Shown here piece by piece: positions 8,784 through 17,405 of a DNA stretch of 31,187 nt. The DNA is from Promethearchaeota archaeon (GTDB taxonomy: Archaea; Asgardarchaeota; Lokiarchaeia; Sigyniarchaeales; SOKP01), in assembly GCA_048938005.1 (NCBI GenBank), contig JBHLMQ010000017.1, positions 20,950-52,136 of the forward strand, read 5' to 3'. The translations under genes were made by a program, and so were the position numbers. Position 1 is the stretch's first letter. Every line of letters begins with the position of its first letter. The notes below the pieces were generated by a model that made no database searches, was not told the origin of the DNA, and saw only the letters and a program-made list of their open reading frames with translations.

Positions 8784-9281
8784 TTATTCCTCTATTAATT
8801 TGAAGCAAAAATCACAATAATTATCTCCTAATCCCATAAATTTATTTCTTTCAAATTTTATTTTTGGATTAAAATCTTCAAAAGCCGCTTTATAAAAAGG
8901 AAAGCACATATTTTTGCAGATTAAAGGTATTCTATCTTGTCGGTTTGGATTTCTATCCATTATTGTTTTATAGGGACACTCTTTTATTTCAATAATTGCT
9001 TCTGATTCAGAAAAACGATTAACTAAATACTTCCAACCCTCTATAGACCATCGAAATGTAATTATCTCAATTAAATCATTTAAAGTATTTGTTTCAATAT
9101 TCAGATGTTTTTTAATCCTCCTAAAAATAATTTTCATGAGCCTTGTCCAAACAGCTCTATCAATTTTTAAAGCAATGTCCCACCCAACTTCTTTCTCTGT
9201 TTCTAACATCCACACACCATCCATGGTAAAAAAATTCTTTTCGAAATAAAATAGTTTATCTGTATCAGTTATTTTTCTCAT
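8784..9281 (-). CDS. DUF6125 / ATC-hydrolase (V4R-like) family protein
   Basis: FFTMDGVW N-terminus; ECPY...C...C metal-ligand pattern ending GDNYCDF. Confidence 0.75.
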   Translation of the reverse strand: MRKITDTDKLFYFEKNFFTMDGVWMLETEKEVGWDIALKIDRAVWTRLMKIIFRRIKKHLNIETNTLNDLIEIITFRWSIEGWKYLVNRFSESEAIIEIKECPYKTIMDRNPNRQDRIPLICKNMCFPFYKAAFEDFNPKIKFERNKFMGLGDNYCDFCFKLIEE

Positions 9282-9511
9282 TTGACAATCCTAACTATTA
9301 CGCAGTAATATTAATAAAGAAAAGTTCTTCATCTTATATATAGTATCAAGATAAAGTAAAAAAATGCATATTAAGACAAAAATTTCCTTTACTCTTATCT
9401 AATTTATTATATCTATTTATTCTTATTTCTGTTCATTAATTTTTAGTTTTTCAATCTTAGATTTTATAGAATAGAATTCCATAATCTTTAAATATGAATA
9501 TTGATTTACAT

Positions 9512-9531
9512 AAATTAGCCACATCTAAATT
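9512..9531. promoter_or_regulatory. Putative DtxR/MntR-family operator upstream of zupT
   Basis: aaaTTAG-ccacat-CTAAatt palindrome (TTAG-N6-CTAA) about 70 bp before a metal transporter and downstream of a TTTAAATA box at 9487-9494. Confidence 0.5.
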
Positions 9532-9595
9532 TTAAATTATTTGAATAACGAAAGTATTTTCATTATTCTTAACTATTAAGAAGGAGCTCTTAAAT

Positions 9596-10438
9596 ATGGA
9601 AGCTATTTTAACTGCTTTATTATTAAGTACAATAGCGGGATTATCTACGACGGTAGGCAGTTTTATTGCTTTTGTTCCCCGAAAACCAAGCAAAAAATTT
9701 TTATCCTTTATTATGGGTTTTTCCGGAGGTGTTATGATTCTTCTTTCATTTGTAGAATTACTTCAAGAAGGAATCCAAACAAATGGGCTCTTACCTGGGA
9801 TTTTATACTTTCTTTTAGGAATGGGTTTAATGCTATTAATAGATATGGGAGTCACCCATCATTATGAATATGAAGATGGTATTTACACAGAAGAAAATAA
9901 TAATTCAGCAAATAAACGTTCTGGGAGGCGGCAATATCACTGGAATCGTCGTCAACGTCACCGGAATCGTCGTCAATTATCTCAACAAACACGATTGAGA
10001 AAAACTTCATTATTAGTAACACTAGGAGTTTTTATTCATAATTTCCCTGAAGGTATGGCTACTTTTGTAGGAACTCTGAAAGATTTTGAACTTGGAATTT
10101 TAATTACTATAGCAATAGCTTTACATAATATTCCTGAGGGAATTGCTGTCGCAGTGACGGTATCCACTCATAATGAAAGTAAATTAAAACCATTCCTTTG
10201 GTCTTTTATATCAGGAATAAGTGAACCATTAGGAGCATTAGCAGTTGGATTATTTCTCTTTCCTTTTATTAATGATTACGTGTTAGGTGCTATGTTAGCA
10301 GTTGTTGGAGGTTTTATGATTTATATATCTTTAGATGAATTACTTCCAATGTCTCGTTCCTTAGGTAAAGAACACACATCCATATTAGGAATTGCTATGG
10401 GTATGTTTGTCATGGCAATAAGTTTGGCTTTATTATAA
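9596..10438 (+). CDS. zupT: ZIP-family zinc/divalent metal transporter
   Basis: HNFPEG (TM4) and ALHNIPEGIAV (TM5) signatures, about 8 hydrophobic helices, DELLP. Confidence 0.95.
   Translation: MEAILTALLLSTIAGLSTTVGSFIAFVPRKPSKKFLSFIMGFSGGVMILLSFVELLQEGIQTNGLLPGILYFLLGMGLMLLIDMGVTHHYEYEDGIYTEENNNSANKRSGRRQYHWNRRQRHRNRRQLSQQTRLRKTSLLVTLGVFIHNFPEGMATFVGTLKDFELGILITIAIALHNIPEGIAVAVTVSTHNESKLKPFLWSFISGISEPLGALAVGLFLFPFINDYVLGAMLAVVGGFMIYISLDELLPMSRSLGKEHTSILGIAMGMFVMAISLALL
9937..9976 (+). repeat. In-frame tandem duplication (21-nt period) in the ZupT variable loop
   Basis: tcactggaatcgtcgtcaa (9937-9955) and tcaccggaatcgtcgtcaa (9958-9976), 18/19 identical. Confidence 0.9.
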
Positions 10439-10602
10439 TATCTTACATGAGTTTTGAGATTTAAACGCTCTTGTTAAGAATTTAAGATATACCTTAGATT
10501 GGATATAATTAATAAAAAATAATAAAAAAATTGATATTAAAAAAATTAATAAAACCAATAATATTAGATTAAAAACTGGATGTATTGAATTATGTGAAAA
10601 TT

Positions 10603-11607
10603 ATGGCTGAATCCGAAATATGGGAATTATATCGAAAAATGTTGCGTAGCCGCCTATTTGAGAATGCAGTGATGAAATTATGGGAAGAAGGAATGATTTC
10701 AGGTGAGATGCACCTTGGAACCGGAGAAGAAGCAATTATAGCAGCAGTAGTTTCACAATTAGAAGAGGGTGATGCTATGGCAGTTGATCATCGTGGAACA
10801 GCACCATTCATTATGCGAGGAATAGATCCCGTTTTGATATTGCTAGAATTTCTGGGTCATTCTAAAGGACTCTGCGCTGGACAAGGTGGCCATATGCATC
10901 TCTTTTCAAAAGAACATTTGGCTGCCTCTTCGGGTATTGTAGGCTCATCAGGTCCAGCAGCCACGGGTTTTGCACTAGCTTTGAAATATCAAAAGAAAAA
11001 TAAGATTGCTGTTGCCTTCTTTGGAGAAGGAGCAATAAATCAGGGAATGATGCTTGAATCAATGAATTTAGCGTCTGTTTGGAACTTACCTGTTCTTTTT
11101 GTCTGTAAAGATAACGATTGGGCAATAACAACCACAAAAAATAATACTACCGGAGGGAAACTAATAGATAGAGCTAGAGGTTTCGGTATTGAAGGATACG
11201 AAGTTGACGGAACAGATGTAGAAGCAGTTTGGAAAGTCGTAAATGAAGCGATTTCTAAGATGCGTAATAATGGAGGACCTCAATTTATTCACGCACGATG
11301 TATACACATGGAAGGGCATTTTCTTGGAGATCCTTTACTTAGATACCATCGAAACCCTAACATGTTAACCGAAGCTGCGAATGCTCTCAAAATATATGCT
11401 GGTGAAAGTTTAGATGAGATTCTTTTGCTTGTACGTAAAATTGGAGGACAAACTAAAAAAAAGGGGGATCCTATAGTTTTTATTCAGAAAAAGTTAAAAA
11501 GCGATGCAGATCGCCTCAAACAGATAGAAGAAGAATTAACTAAAGAAATTGAACAAACTTTTAACAACGCGTTAAAAATTTTTAAGGGAGGGAAGAAAAG
11601 TGACTAA
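10603..11607 (+). CDS. TPP-dependent 2-oxoacid/acetoin dehydrogenase E1 alpha subunit
   Basis: GEMHLGTGEEA, GQGGHMH, TPP motif FFGEGA...DN, HMEGH; ATG 10603 preferred over TTG 10585. Confidence 0.92.
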   Translation: MAESEIWELYRKMLRSRLFENAVMKLWEEGMISGEMHLGTGEEAIIAAVVSQLEEGDAMAVDHRGTAPFIMRGIDPVLILLEFLGHSKGLCAGQGGHMHLFSKEHLAASSGIVGSSGPAATGFALALKYQKKNKIAVAFFGEGAINQGMMLESMNLASVWNLPVLFVCKDNDWAITTTKNNTTGGKLIDRARGFGIEGYEVDGTDVEAVWKVVNEAISKMRNNGGPQFIHARCIHMEGHFLGDPLLRYHRNPNMLTEAANALKIYAGESLDEILLLVRKIGGQTKKKGDPIVFIQKKLKSDADRLKQIEEELTKEIEQTFNNALKIFKGGKKSD

Positions 11608-12634
11608 GATGGGATTTAGTCAAGCTATTGTAAGTTCGATCGCACAAGCTATGGCAGAGGATGAAAATATTATTATTATGGGAGAAGATGTGCACGCCTT
11701 ACGGGTACCTAGACTCTTACCAAAACCAAACCTTTTTATTAGATTCGGTAAAGAAAGAGTGAGATATACACCTATAAGTGAAGGTGCTTTCGTTGGCGCT
11801 GCTGTTACTGCTGCTATGGCAGGTTTGCGACCTATTGTAGAGGTTATGTTAGTAGATTTTATTGGTGTTGCAATGGACGCCATCCTTAATCATGCAGCGA
11901 AAATATCATTTTTTTCAGGTAATAAATGGAATGCTCCTCTCGTTATCAAAACTGCTTGTGGTGGGGGTTATGGTGATGCTGGACAACATGAACAGAGCTT
12001 ATGGGGTTGGTTGGCTCATATTCCCGGATTATCGATTGTTGTTCCATCAAATCCCTCCGACGCAGGGGGATTGATGATTTCTTCAATCTATGAAGATAAT
12101 CCTGTAATTTATTTTGAACATAAATTGTTAGCTGATTATTGGCTGGATTATTTGGGGATTGGTGGTAGAACTAATGTTTCTTTTGATGTTCCAGAACAAG
12201 GAGCAGAAGGAGATGTACCTGATAAATGGGAACCAATACCTTTAGGAAAATTAAACCAAATAAAAGAGGGAAATGATATTACAATAGCTAGTATTGGAGT
12301 GGGTGTTCATCAATCTCTCAAAGCTGCTCACATTTTAGAAGAAAAAGGCATTTCAGCTGAAGTTTTAGATTTAAGGTGCTTAGCCCCATTAGATATAGAA
12401 GGCTTAAAAAATTCTGTTAGTAAAACAGAAGCAATACTAATTGTTGATGAAGATTACAAGAATTTTGGACTTTCTGGTGAAATATCTGCAACACTTTTAG
12501 AAGAAGGCTTATCATTTAAATACGGTCGTGTCTGTACCGAAAATACTATCCCCTATTCAAGAGAATTAGAAGATCAAGTACTTCCAAATACAAAAAGGAT
12601 CATTGATGAAACTGTCAAGATTTTAAAAAAGTAA
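11600..12634 (+). CDS. 2-oxoacid/acetoin dehydrogenase E1 beta subunit
   Basis: MGEDV, TPISEGAFVGAA, GLRPIVEVM, DLRCLAPLD; overlaps alpha by 8 nt. Confidence 0.93.
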   Translation: MTKMGFSQAIVSSIAQAMAEDENIIIMGEDVHALRVPRLLPKPNLFIRFGKERVRYTPISEGAFVGAAVTAAMAGLRPIVEVMLVDFIGVAMDAILNHAAKISFFSGNKWNAPLVIKTACGGGYGDAGQHEQSLWGWLAHIPGLSIVVPSNPSDAGGLMISSIYEDNPVIYFEHKLLADYWLDYLGIGGRTNVSFDVPEQGAEGDVPDKWEPIPLGKLNQIKEGNDITIASIGVGVHQSLKAAHILEEKGISAEVLDLRCLAPLDIEGLKNSVSKTEAILIVDEDYKNFGLSGEISATLLEEGLSFKYGRVCTENTIPYSRELEDQVLPNTKRIIDETVKILKK

Positions 12635-12739
12635 AATTTTATCGAAAATTAAATCAAAAATTTTTTGAAATTGTGGAAATTAACATATCTCCATAAGCAG
12701 AGGAATTTGAAAAAGAAAAGGAGAAAAAAGAGTAATTAA

Positions 12740-12898
12740 TTATTCCTTTTTCCTCAATATTGAGCTCAATTCGGTTTTAAGTAAATCCCGTATTGCTACG
12801 CGAATTACTTCCGAACGATTGGGATACAGGTTCATATTAACTAATTCCTCTATACCGGTAAGATATGCTTCAGGAATATGACAGGTTATTAATTTCAT
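12740..12898 (-). CDS. Ribbon-helix-helix (CopG/MetJ) regulator, CdrS/aCcr1-like, 52 aa (not in ORF track)
   Basis: Manual translation MKLITCHIPEAYLTGIEELVNMNLYPNRSEVIRVAIRDLLKTELSSILRKKE; YPNRSE-x-IR-x-AIRDLL signature; AGGGGT SD-like motif upstream. Confidence 0.92.
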   Translation of the reverse strand: MKLITCHIPEAYLTGIEELVNMNLYPNRSEVIRVAIRDLLKTELSSILRKKE

Positions 12899-12981
12899 TT
12901 TTTATTATAAAACCCCTTTTGATATCAAAACTTATCGTTTTTTGTTATAAATTACAAAATTTGATAAGATAATATATGCAT

Positions 12982-13011
12982 ATAATACTACGATAATACA
13001 TATAGAATACA
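12982..13011 (-). promoter_or_regulatory. Three phased direct repeats (GTATT on minus strand), putative RHH operator
   Basis: AATAC at 12984, 12995 and 13006 (exact 11-bp period); minus strand reads TGTATTC, TGTATTA, AGTATTA. Confidence 0.6.
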
Positions 13012-13099
13012 ATTATCAAAAGAACTTATTTGTCGGGAGTTTTTAAATAATTGAATATTTTTCTTTATTCAGAATTGATGATTTAAACTTTGATTATTG

Positions 13100-14230
13100 A
13101 TGAGCAAATTAGTTTTAGTAGACGGAGCTAAAGGTCATACTGGTACCTTTCTTATAAAAGAGATACTAAAATCAAAACCAGACTGGAAGATTATTGCTAC
13201 AGATTTACCATTATCAAAAAGAAATCAATTAATGACTAAAGAAACTATTTTTAGCAATAAATTCAAATACATGACAGAAATATTGGATAATGAGAAAATA
13301 TTATTCCTCCCTTCTGATCTAAGGGACATAGCTTCACTAGAGAATTTATTAAAAGATAGAGAATATGATATTATTTTTCATACTGCAAGTTTATATGATT
13401 ATTTTGCTCCATTAGATCTTCTAAGAAAGGTAAATGTCGAAGGTATAAGGAATCTTCTTAAAATCATATATAAAACCCAAGATATTGGTAAATTAAGATT
13501 TATACATTGGAGTACTTGCGGTGTTTATGGAGAACCCAAATATGAAAAGAATGAAAAGGATTATCCTATCCCCGCTGATGAGACTGCATCTTATAACCCT
13601 CCAAATAATTATAGTATCAGTAAAATGGAACAGGAAATGGTCTTGAAGGAGAGCATTAATAATTATGAATTAAAAGCTACTATTATACGACCAGCACCAA
13701 TCATGGGACCATATCAGATTTATGGTGTTTTGCATTTATTACAAATAGTAAATAAATCTGGATTTGGACCAGGCATCCATATATATCCTAAAAAGAAACG
13801 TTTAGCAATGCCCTTAATTCATGTTGAAGATTTAGTTAGATCGGCTATATTTTTAGCCGAGAATGATAACTCAATAGGTAAAGCTTATAATCTCGTTATA
13901 GATGCTTGTTTGCAAGAAGATTTCCTTGAATATCTTGCAGATTTATTAAATGTTGACTATTTTAATTTCCCAGTATGGTGGCCAGTTTACAAAATTTTTT
14001 CAAAGTTCCTTTTTTGGCTTAGTAAGCGGAAAGATAAGAAAGCAAGAAAATTAAATTCAAGACCTCCCATTGATTTATCAATGGCAGGTTATACACATCA
14101 TCAATATCTATTTTCTAATAAAAAGATCAAAGAGTTAGGATTTACATTCAAGTTTCCAGATTATAAAACCGCTACTAAGGATACAGTAGAATGGTATCTA
14201 AAAAATAAATGGTTGGAGAGTGAATACTAA
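13100..14230 (+). CDS. NAD-dependent epimerase/dehydratase (extended SDR, 3beta-HSD-like)
   Basis: GAKGHTG Rossmann motif, FHTAS, STCGVYG, YSISK (YxxxK), IHVEDL. Confidence 0.9.
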   Translation: MSKLVLVDGAKGHTGTFLIKEILKSKPDWKIIATDLPLSKRNQLMTKETIFSNKFKYMTEILDNEKILFLPSDLRDIASLENLLKDREYDIIFHTASLYDYFAPLDLLRKVNVEGIRNLLKIIYKTQDIGKLRFIHWSTCGVYGEPKYEKNEKDYPIPADETASYNPPNNYSISKMEQEMVLKESINNYELKATIIRPAPIMGPYQIYGVLHLLQIVNKSGFGPGIHIYPKKKRLAMPLIHVEDLVRSAIFLAENDNSIGKAYNLVIDACLQEDFLEYLADLLNVDYFNFPVWWPVYKIFSKFLFWLSKRKDKKARKLNSRPPIDLSMAGYTHHQYLFSNKKIKELGFTFKFPDYKTATKDTVEWYLKNKWLESEY

Positions 14231-14698
14231 ATGGGATTTTTGGAAGGATTAATTTTGAGCTTTGCTGCTGGTTGGATAAATTCTTATTTATATCGAAAAT
14301 ATTTACGTAAAAGAAACAAAGATTGGATAGTTTTTCTAGCAGTAATATTTCTCTCTACGTTGTGGACAGTTGATATCTTAATATATTTCGAGATAATTGA
14401 TATGGGATGGCTAAATTTCCTCCCTTGGGTAAGCATTCCATCTATTGATAAAGGCAAATATTTTTTATGGAATTCTTTTATTGTAATTGGGATTGACTTT
14501 AAAATTACGCAACAATCCGGAATGGAAATTATTGCCAGCTTTTTACTCATCTCATACTTATTTTGGTACTATTTTGGCTCAAAACTTGGAAAAGTTATTC
14601 ATGGTTATAAACCATACCAACAAGGTCATTATTTAATATTTAGACCAGTAAAGAAATTCATTAAGGATCGCGAAAAAGCATTAGAAGATTCTAAATAA
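14231..14698 (+). CDS. Hypothetical integral membrane protein
   Basis: 3-4 hydrophobic segments; starts immediately after the SDR stop. Confidence 0.8.
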   Translation: MGFLEGLILSFAAGWINSYLYRKYLRKRNKDWIVFLAVIFLSTLWTVDILIYFEIIDMGWLNFLPWVSIPSIDKGKYFLWNSFIVIGIDFKITQQSGMEIIASFLLISYLFWYYFGSKLGKVIHGYKPYQQGHYLIFRPVKKFIKDREKALEDSK

Positions 14699-14734
14699 TT
14701 ATTATATAACAATATTTTACAAAAATAACTCTTT

Positions 14735-15859
14735 TTATTCTATTATCTCATCTGGATTTACTTCCTTACCAGTAATAGAAGATTTTAATGCTGCTAAAGC
14801 AAATTGTGTAGTATATTTTCCTTCTTCTCCAGATAATACTGGTTCTTCATCATTCTTTATTGCGTCAATAAAATGATGGGTAGAATTAATAAATCCATAC
14901 TTCCAATCTCTTTCTATATCAACAATTTTTTCAAGTTTTTCATCTCGAAAGATAACTATTGGTGGAAAAATTTCTGATTTAGACATGATATTGTCTCCTG
15001 CTGTAGCTTGATTAATCCACATTATTCCTTCTGAGCCTGTAATCGATATAAATTCATCTTCAGAGTAATAAAGACTTGGTAAAGTCATATAGGGAGAATA
15101 ATTATATTCCATAGTTCCATATGTTGGGACAAGAAAATCTGAATCTTTAGGAGGTTTATATTTCCACATTATATAAGCAGGAACGTCTAAATTATTAAAT
15201 CTGTCTATCCATGAAAATACTTTTTCGATTTTTGCCCCAATTAAATGCTGGGCTAACCAAAATTTATGGAATCCATCATCAAATACAAAAGGCGATCCAC
15301 ACTCCAATCCACCACCACAAAGTTTTGGGTCTAATCGCCATATCCATGTAGTAGTAGTTATATCCCATCCGCCTTTAGTTCCTTCAAGTGTTTTAATGTG
15401 AATTGAATTTACTTCACCAATAACTCCTTCTTGTAATAATTGTTTTGCTTTCATAATTGGTGGATAAAAAGTGAAGTTTTCAAAGACTTTTAGTTTTACA
15501 TTATTCTCCTTACAGACTTTTATCATTTTATCACAGTCTTGAATAGAGTTTGCCATTGGTTTTTGTACACATATTCCTGAAATATCTTTCTGAGCAGCAT
15601 AAAGAGTTACTTCAAAATGTAAGTGTAGAGGTAATAAAATTTCTAGAATATCAACATTTTCGGCATCAAGCATTTCTTTATAATCATTATACATTTTAAC
15701 TTCAGAGTCCAGATTAAACTTTTCAATCTTTTCTTTCAGATGTCTTTGCTTACTGTCGCATAAGCAACTGATTTCAACGTCGTTACGATCTAAATATCCC
15801 AATATATTTAAATCAAAAATGACTCCACATCCAATAATTCCAACTTTTAATTTATCCAT
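14735..15859 (-). CDS. Gfo/Idh/MocA family oxidoreductase
   Basis: VGIIGCG, PLHLH, CVQKPMA (EKP variant), DDGFH. Confidence 0.93.
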   Translation of the reverse strand: MDKLKVGIIGCGVIFDLNILGYLDRNDVEISCLCDSKQRHLKEKIEKFNLDSEVKMYNDYKEMLDAENVDILEILLPLHLHFEVTLYAAQKDISGICVQKPMANSIQDCDKMIKVCKENNVKLKVFENFTFYPPIMKAKQLLQEGVIGEVNSIHIKTLEGTKGGWDITTTTWIWRLDPKLCGGGLECGSPFVFDDGFHKFWLAQHLIGAKIEKVFSWIDRFNNLDVPAYIMWKYKPPKDSDFLVPTYGTMEYNYSPYMTLPSLYYSEDEFISITGSEGIMWINQATAGDNIMSKSEIFPPIVIFRDEKLEKIVDIERDWKYGFINSTHHFIDAIKNDEEPVLSGEEGKYTTQFALAALKSSITGKEVNPDEIIE

Positions 15860-16004
15860 GATTTCTTACACAATAATTATTTACATACATTAATGATGAA
15901 CATTAAATAAGATGGCTTAAATATTTTGAATTATAAAATGTTTAAGAAAGTAGTTGTATAAATAATTTTATTATTATAATAAAGAATATACTTATAAACA
16001 ATTT

Positions 16005-16020
16005 AAAAAAGAAAAAAAAA
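16005..16020 (-). terminator. Oligo-T tract, probable terminator of the padR-hsp20 transcript
   Basis: Minus strand TTTTTTTTTCTTTTTT about 110 nt past the hsp20 stop. Confidence 0.55.
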
Positions 16021-16030
16021 TATTATTAAT

Positions 16031-16106
16031 TGGGGTGCTTTAGAGTTAAATTTTACAATATTGCTGCTAGTGAAACTATATTGTCTTATTTCTAAAGCGC
16101 TCCACC
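16031..16106. ncRNA. Candidate structured RNA: long hairpin (hsp20 3' UTR element or plus-strand small RNA)
   Basis: tggggtgctttaga (16031-16044) pairs with tctaaagcgctcca (16091-16104); inner stems acaata/tattgt and tagt/acta. Confidence 0.45.
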
Positions 16107-16126
16107 TCTAATTTCCTAAGCAAAGA

Positions 16127-16606
16127 TTAACTCTCGCTTATATCTATTTTTTTGGCTGGCTTTTTACCAAATGTCACCTTTAGGAGCCCGTTAGCCATTT
16201 TTGAAACTAATGTATCTGTATCCGCATCAACTGGTAAAGGAATATCCATGTTTACATCAATAAAAGTAAAACCTTTCCAGAAAGGCGGAAAACCAAATCC
16301 ATGAGGTGCTTTTTCTTCATCTGGTTTTTCCTTTACAGTTTCCATTTCAGGAATCTTCGGTTTCTCTGCTTTAATGTTAAGGTGTTTATTAATTAAAGAA
16401 ACTTTAACTTCTTCTTTAGTACGACCAGCTAACGGTACAGTAATCAAATAACTATCTCCAAGGTCTTCGACATTATAAGGTATATGACTCCCCATAAAAC
16501 CCCTCATAAAATGGTGAGCCATTTGTTTCATTTTTGCTACATCGCGAGGTCCGAATTGGAAACATCCAGCAAATCCTTTAGCTCCATGATGTCTTTCATC
16601 ACACAT
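16127..16606 (-). CDS. Small heat-shock protein (Hsp20/alpha-crystallin domain)
   Basis: PYNVEDLGDSYLITVPLAG-x-x-KEEVKV, IPLP, MANGLLKV, C-terminal IDI (IxI) motif; GGAGG SD. Confidence 0.9.
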   Translation of the reverse strand: MCDERHHGAKGFAGCFQFGPRDVAKMKQMAHHFMRGFMGSHIPYNVEDLGDSYLITVPLAGRTKEEVKVSLINKHLNIKAEKPKIPEMETVKEKPDEEKAPHGFGFPPFWKGFTFIDVNMDIPLPVDADTDTLVSKMANGLLKVTFGKKPAKKIDISES

Positions 16607-16654
16607 ACTATTTTACCTCCATATTTTTTTTCTATATATATTTATTGGTAAAAG

Positions 16655-17305
16655 TTAAAAATTTTCATACTCATTATCATCCACAATAGGGATGGTCTTA
16701 GTATTTGTATCTCTTTTCAATTTTAAACTTTTTAGAATTTCCTCATATTTTTCGATTTCTTTGCCAATTTCCTCCAATCTAAGTGAAATCCTCTCTTTAC
16801 TAAATCTTAAATCATTAACAATTCTTTCAACTCTGTTAATATTTGACAAAGAAAAGTCCTCTTGATTGATCTCTCTTTGAGTTGGTGCACAATGAAATGG
16901 AAAACATGACATAACTCCTTGAATTCCCTTTTCATGAGGCAACCAAGCATTTACGACTGTACGAATAAAATCTCCAAGAGTATTCATGCTTGGTTCAAGA
17001 TTGTTTTTTAGAACTTCCTTTAATCTTTCCTCGCCTTGAATTGTGATTCTATAAATCTTTTTTTGGCGATTGTTTTCGTCAATGAATTCTTCTATTTCTA
17101 CAAAACCTTTCTCCTCTAATCTACCTAATAAAGGATATATTGTTCCAGGAGAAGCTCTCCACATAGGTTTAAATTTCCTATTGATTTTTTGAATTATTTC
17201 ATATCCAGAAACCCCTTCTTGATTCCTAATTATAGAAAGTACTAAAATATCTAATCCTGAAAAAGGTCCACCTCGGTAGCCACTAAATCGTTTGCCAAAG
17301 AACAT
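16655..17305 (-). CDS. PadR family transcriptional regulator with C-terminal coiled coil
   Basis: SGYEI, SPGTIYPLL-x-RLEEKG, KKIYRIT-x-x-G. Confidence 0.94.
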   Translation of the reverse strand: MFFGKRFSGYRGGPFSGLDILVLSIIRNQEGVSGYEIIQKINRKFKPMWRASPGTIYPLLGRLEEKGFVEIEEFIDENNRQKKIYRITIQGEERLKEVLKNNLEPSMNTLGDFIRTVVNAWLPHEKGIQGVMSCFPFHCAPTQREINQEDFSLSNINRVERIVNDLRFSKERISLRLEEIGKEIEKYEEILKSLKLKRDTNTKTIPIVDDNEYENF

Positions 17306-17336
17306 CTTTTTAACTTCACCAATATATTTTTTTCCG

Positions 17337-17405
17337 ATATATCAGAGATTGAATACGAGAAACGATGTTTTAATACCAATTCATAATATATCTGAAATCG
17401 AACAT
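17337..17405. promoter_or_regulatory. Two imperfect 20-bp direct repeats, putative PadR operators
   Basis: atatatcagagattgaatac (17337-17356) and atatatctgaaatcgaacat (17386-17405), 15/20 identical; minus-strand TTTATATA at 17429-17436. Confidence 0.55.

Noticed and set aside
6854-9281. Complete restriction-modification or defence island
   Set aside because: No nuclease, specificity or mobility genes; neighbours are metabolic
12740-12898. RHH gene as a toxin-antitoxin antitoxin
   Set aside because: No adjacent toxin ORF; sequence fits the CdrS-like signature
16032-16104. Canonical tRNA-Ala(UGC) gene or SECIS element
   Set aside because: No T-arm/TTCRA, poor D and anticodon stems; no AUGA/GA core and no Sec-codon gene upstream. 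Kept only as a candidate structured RNA
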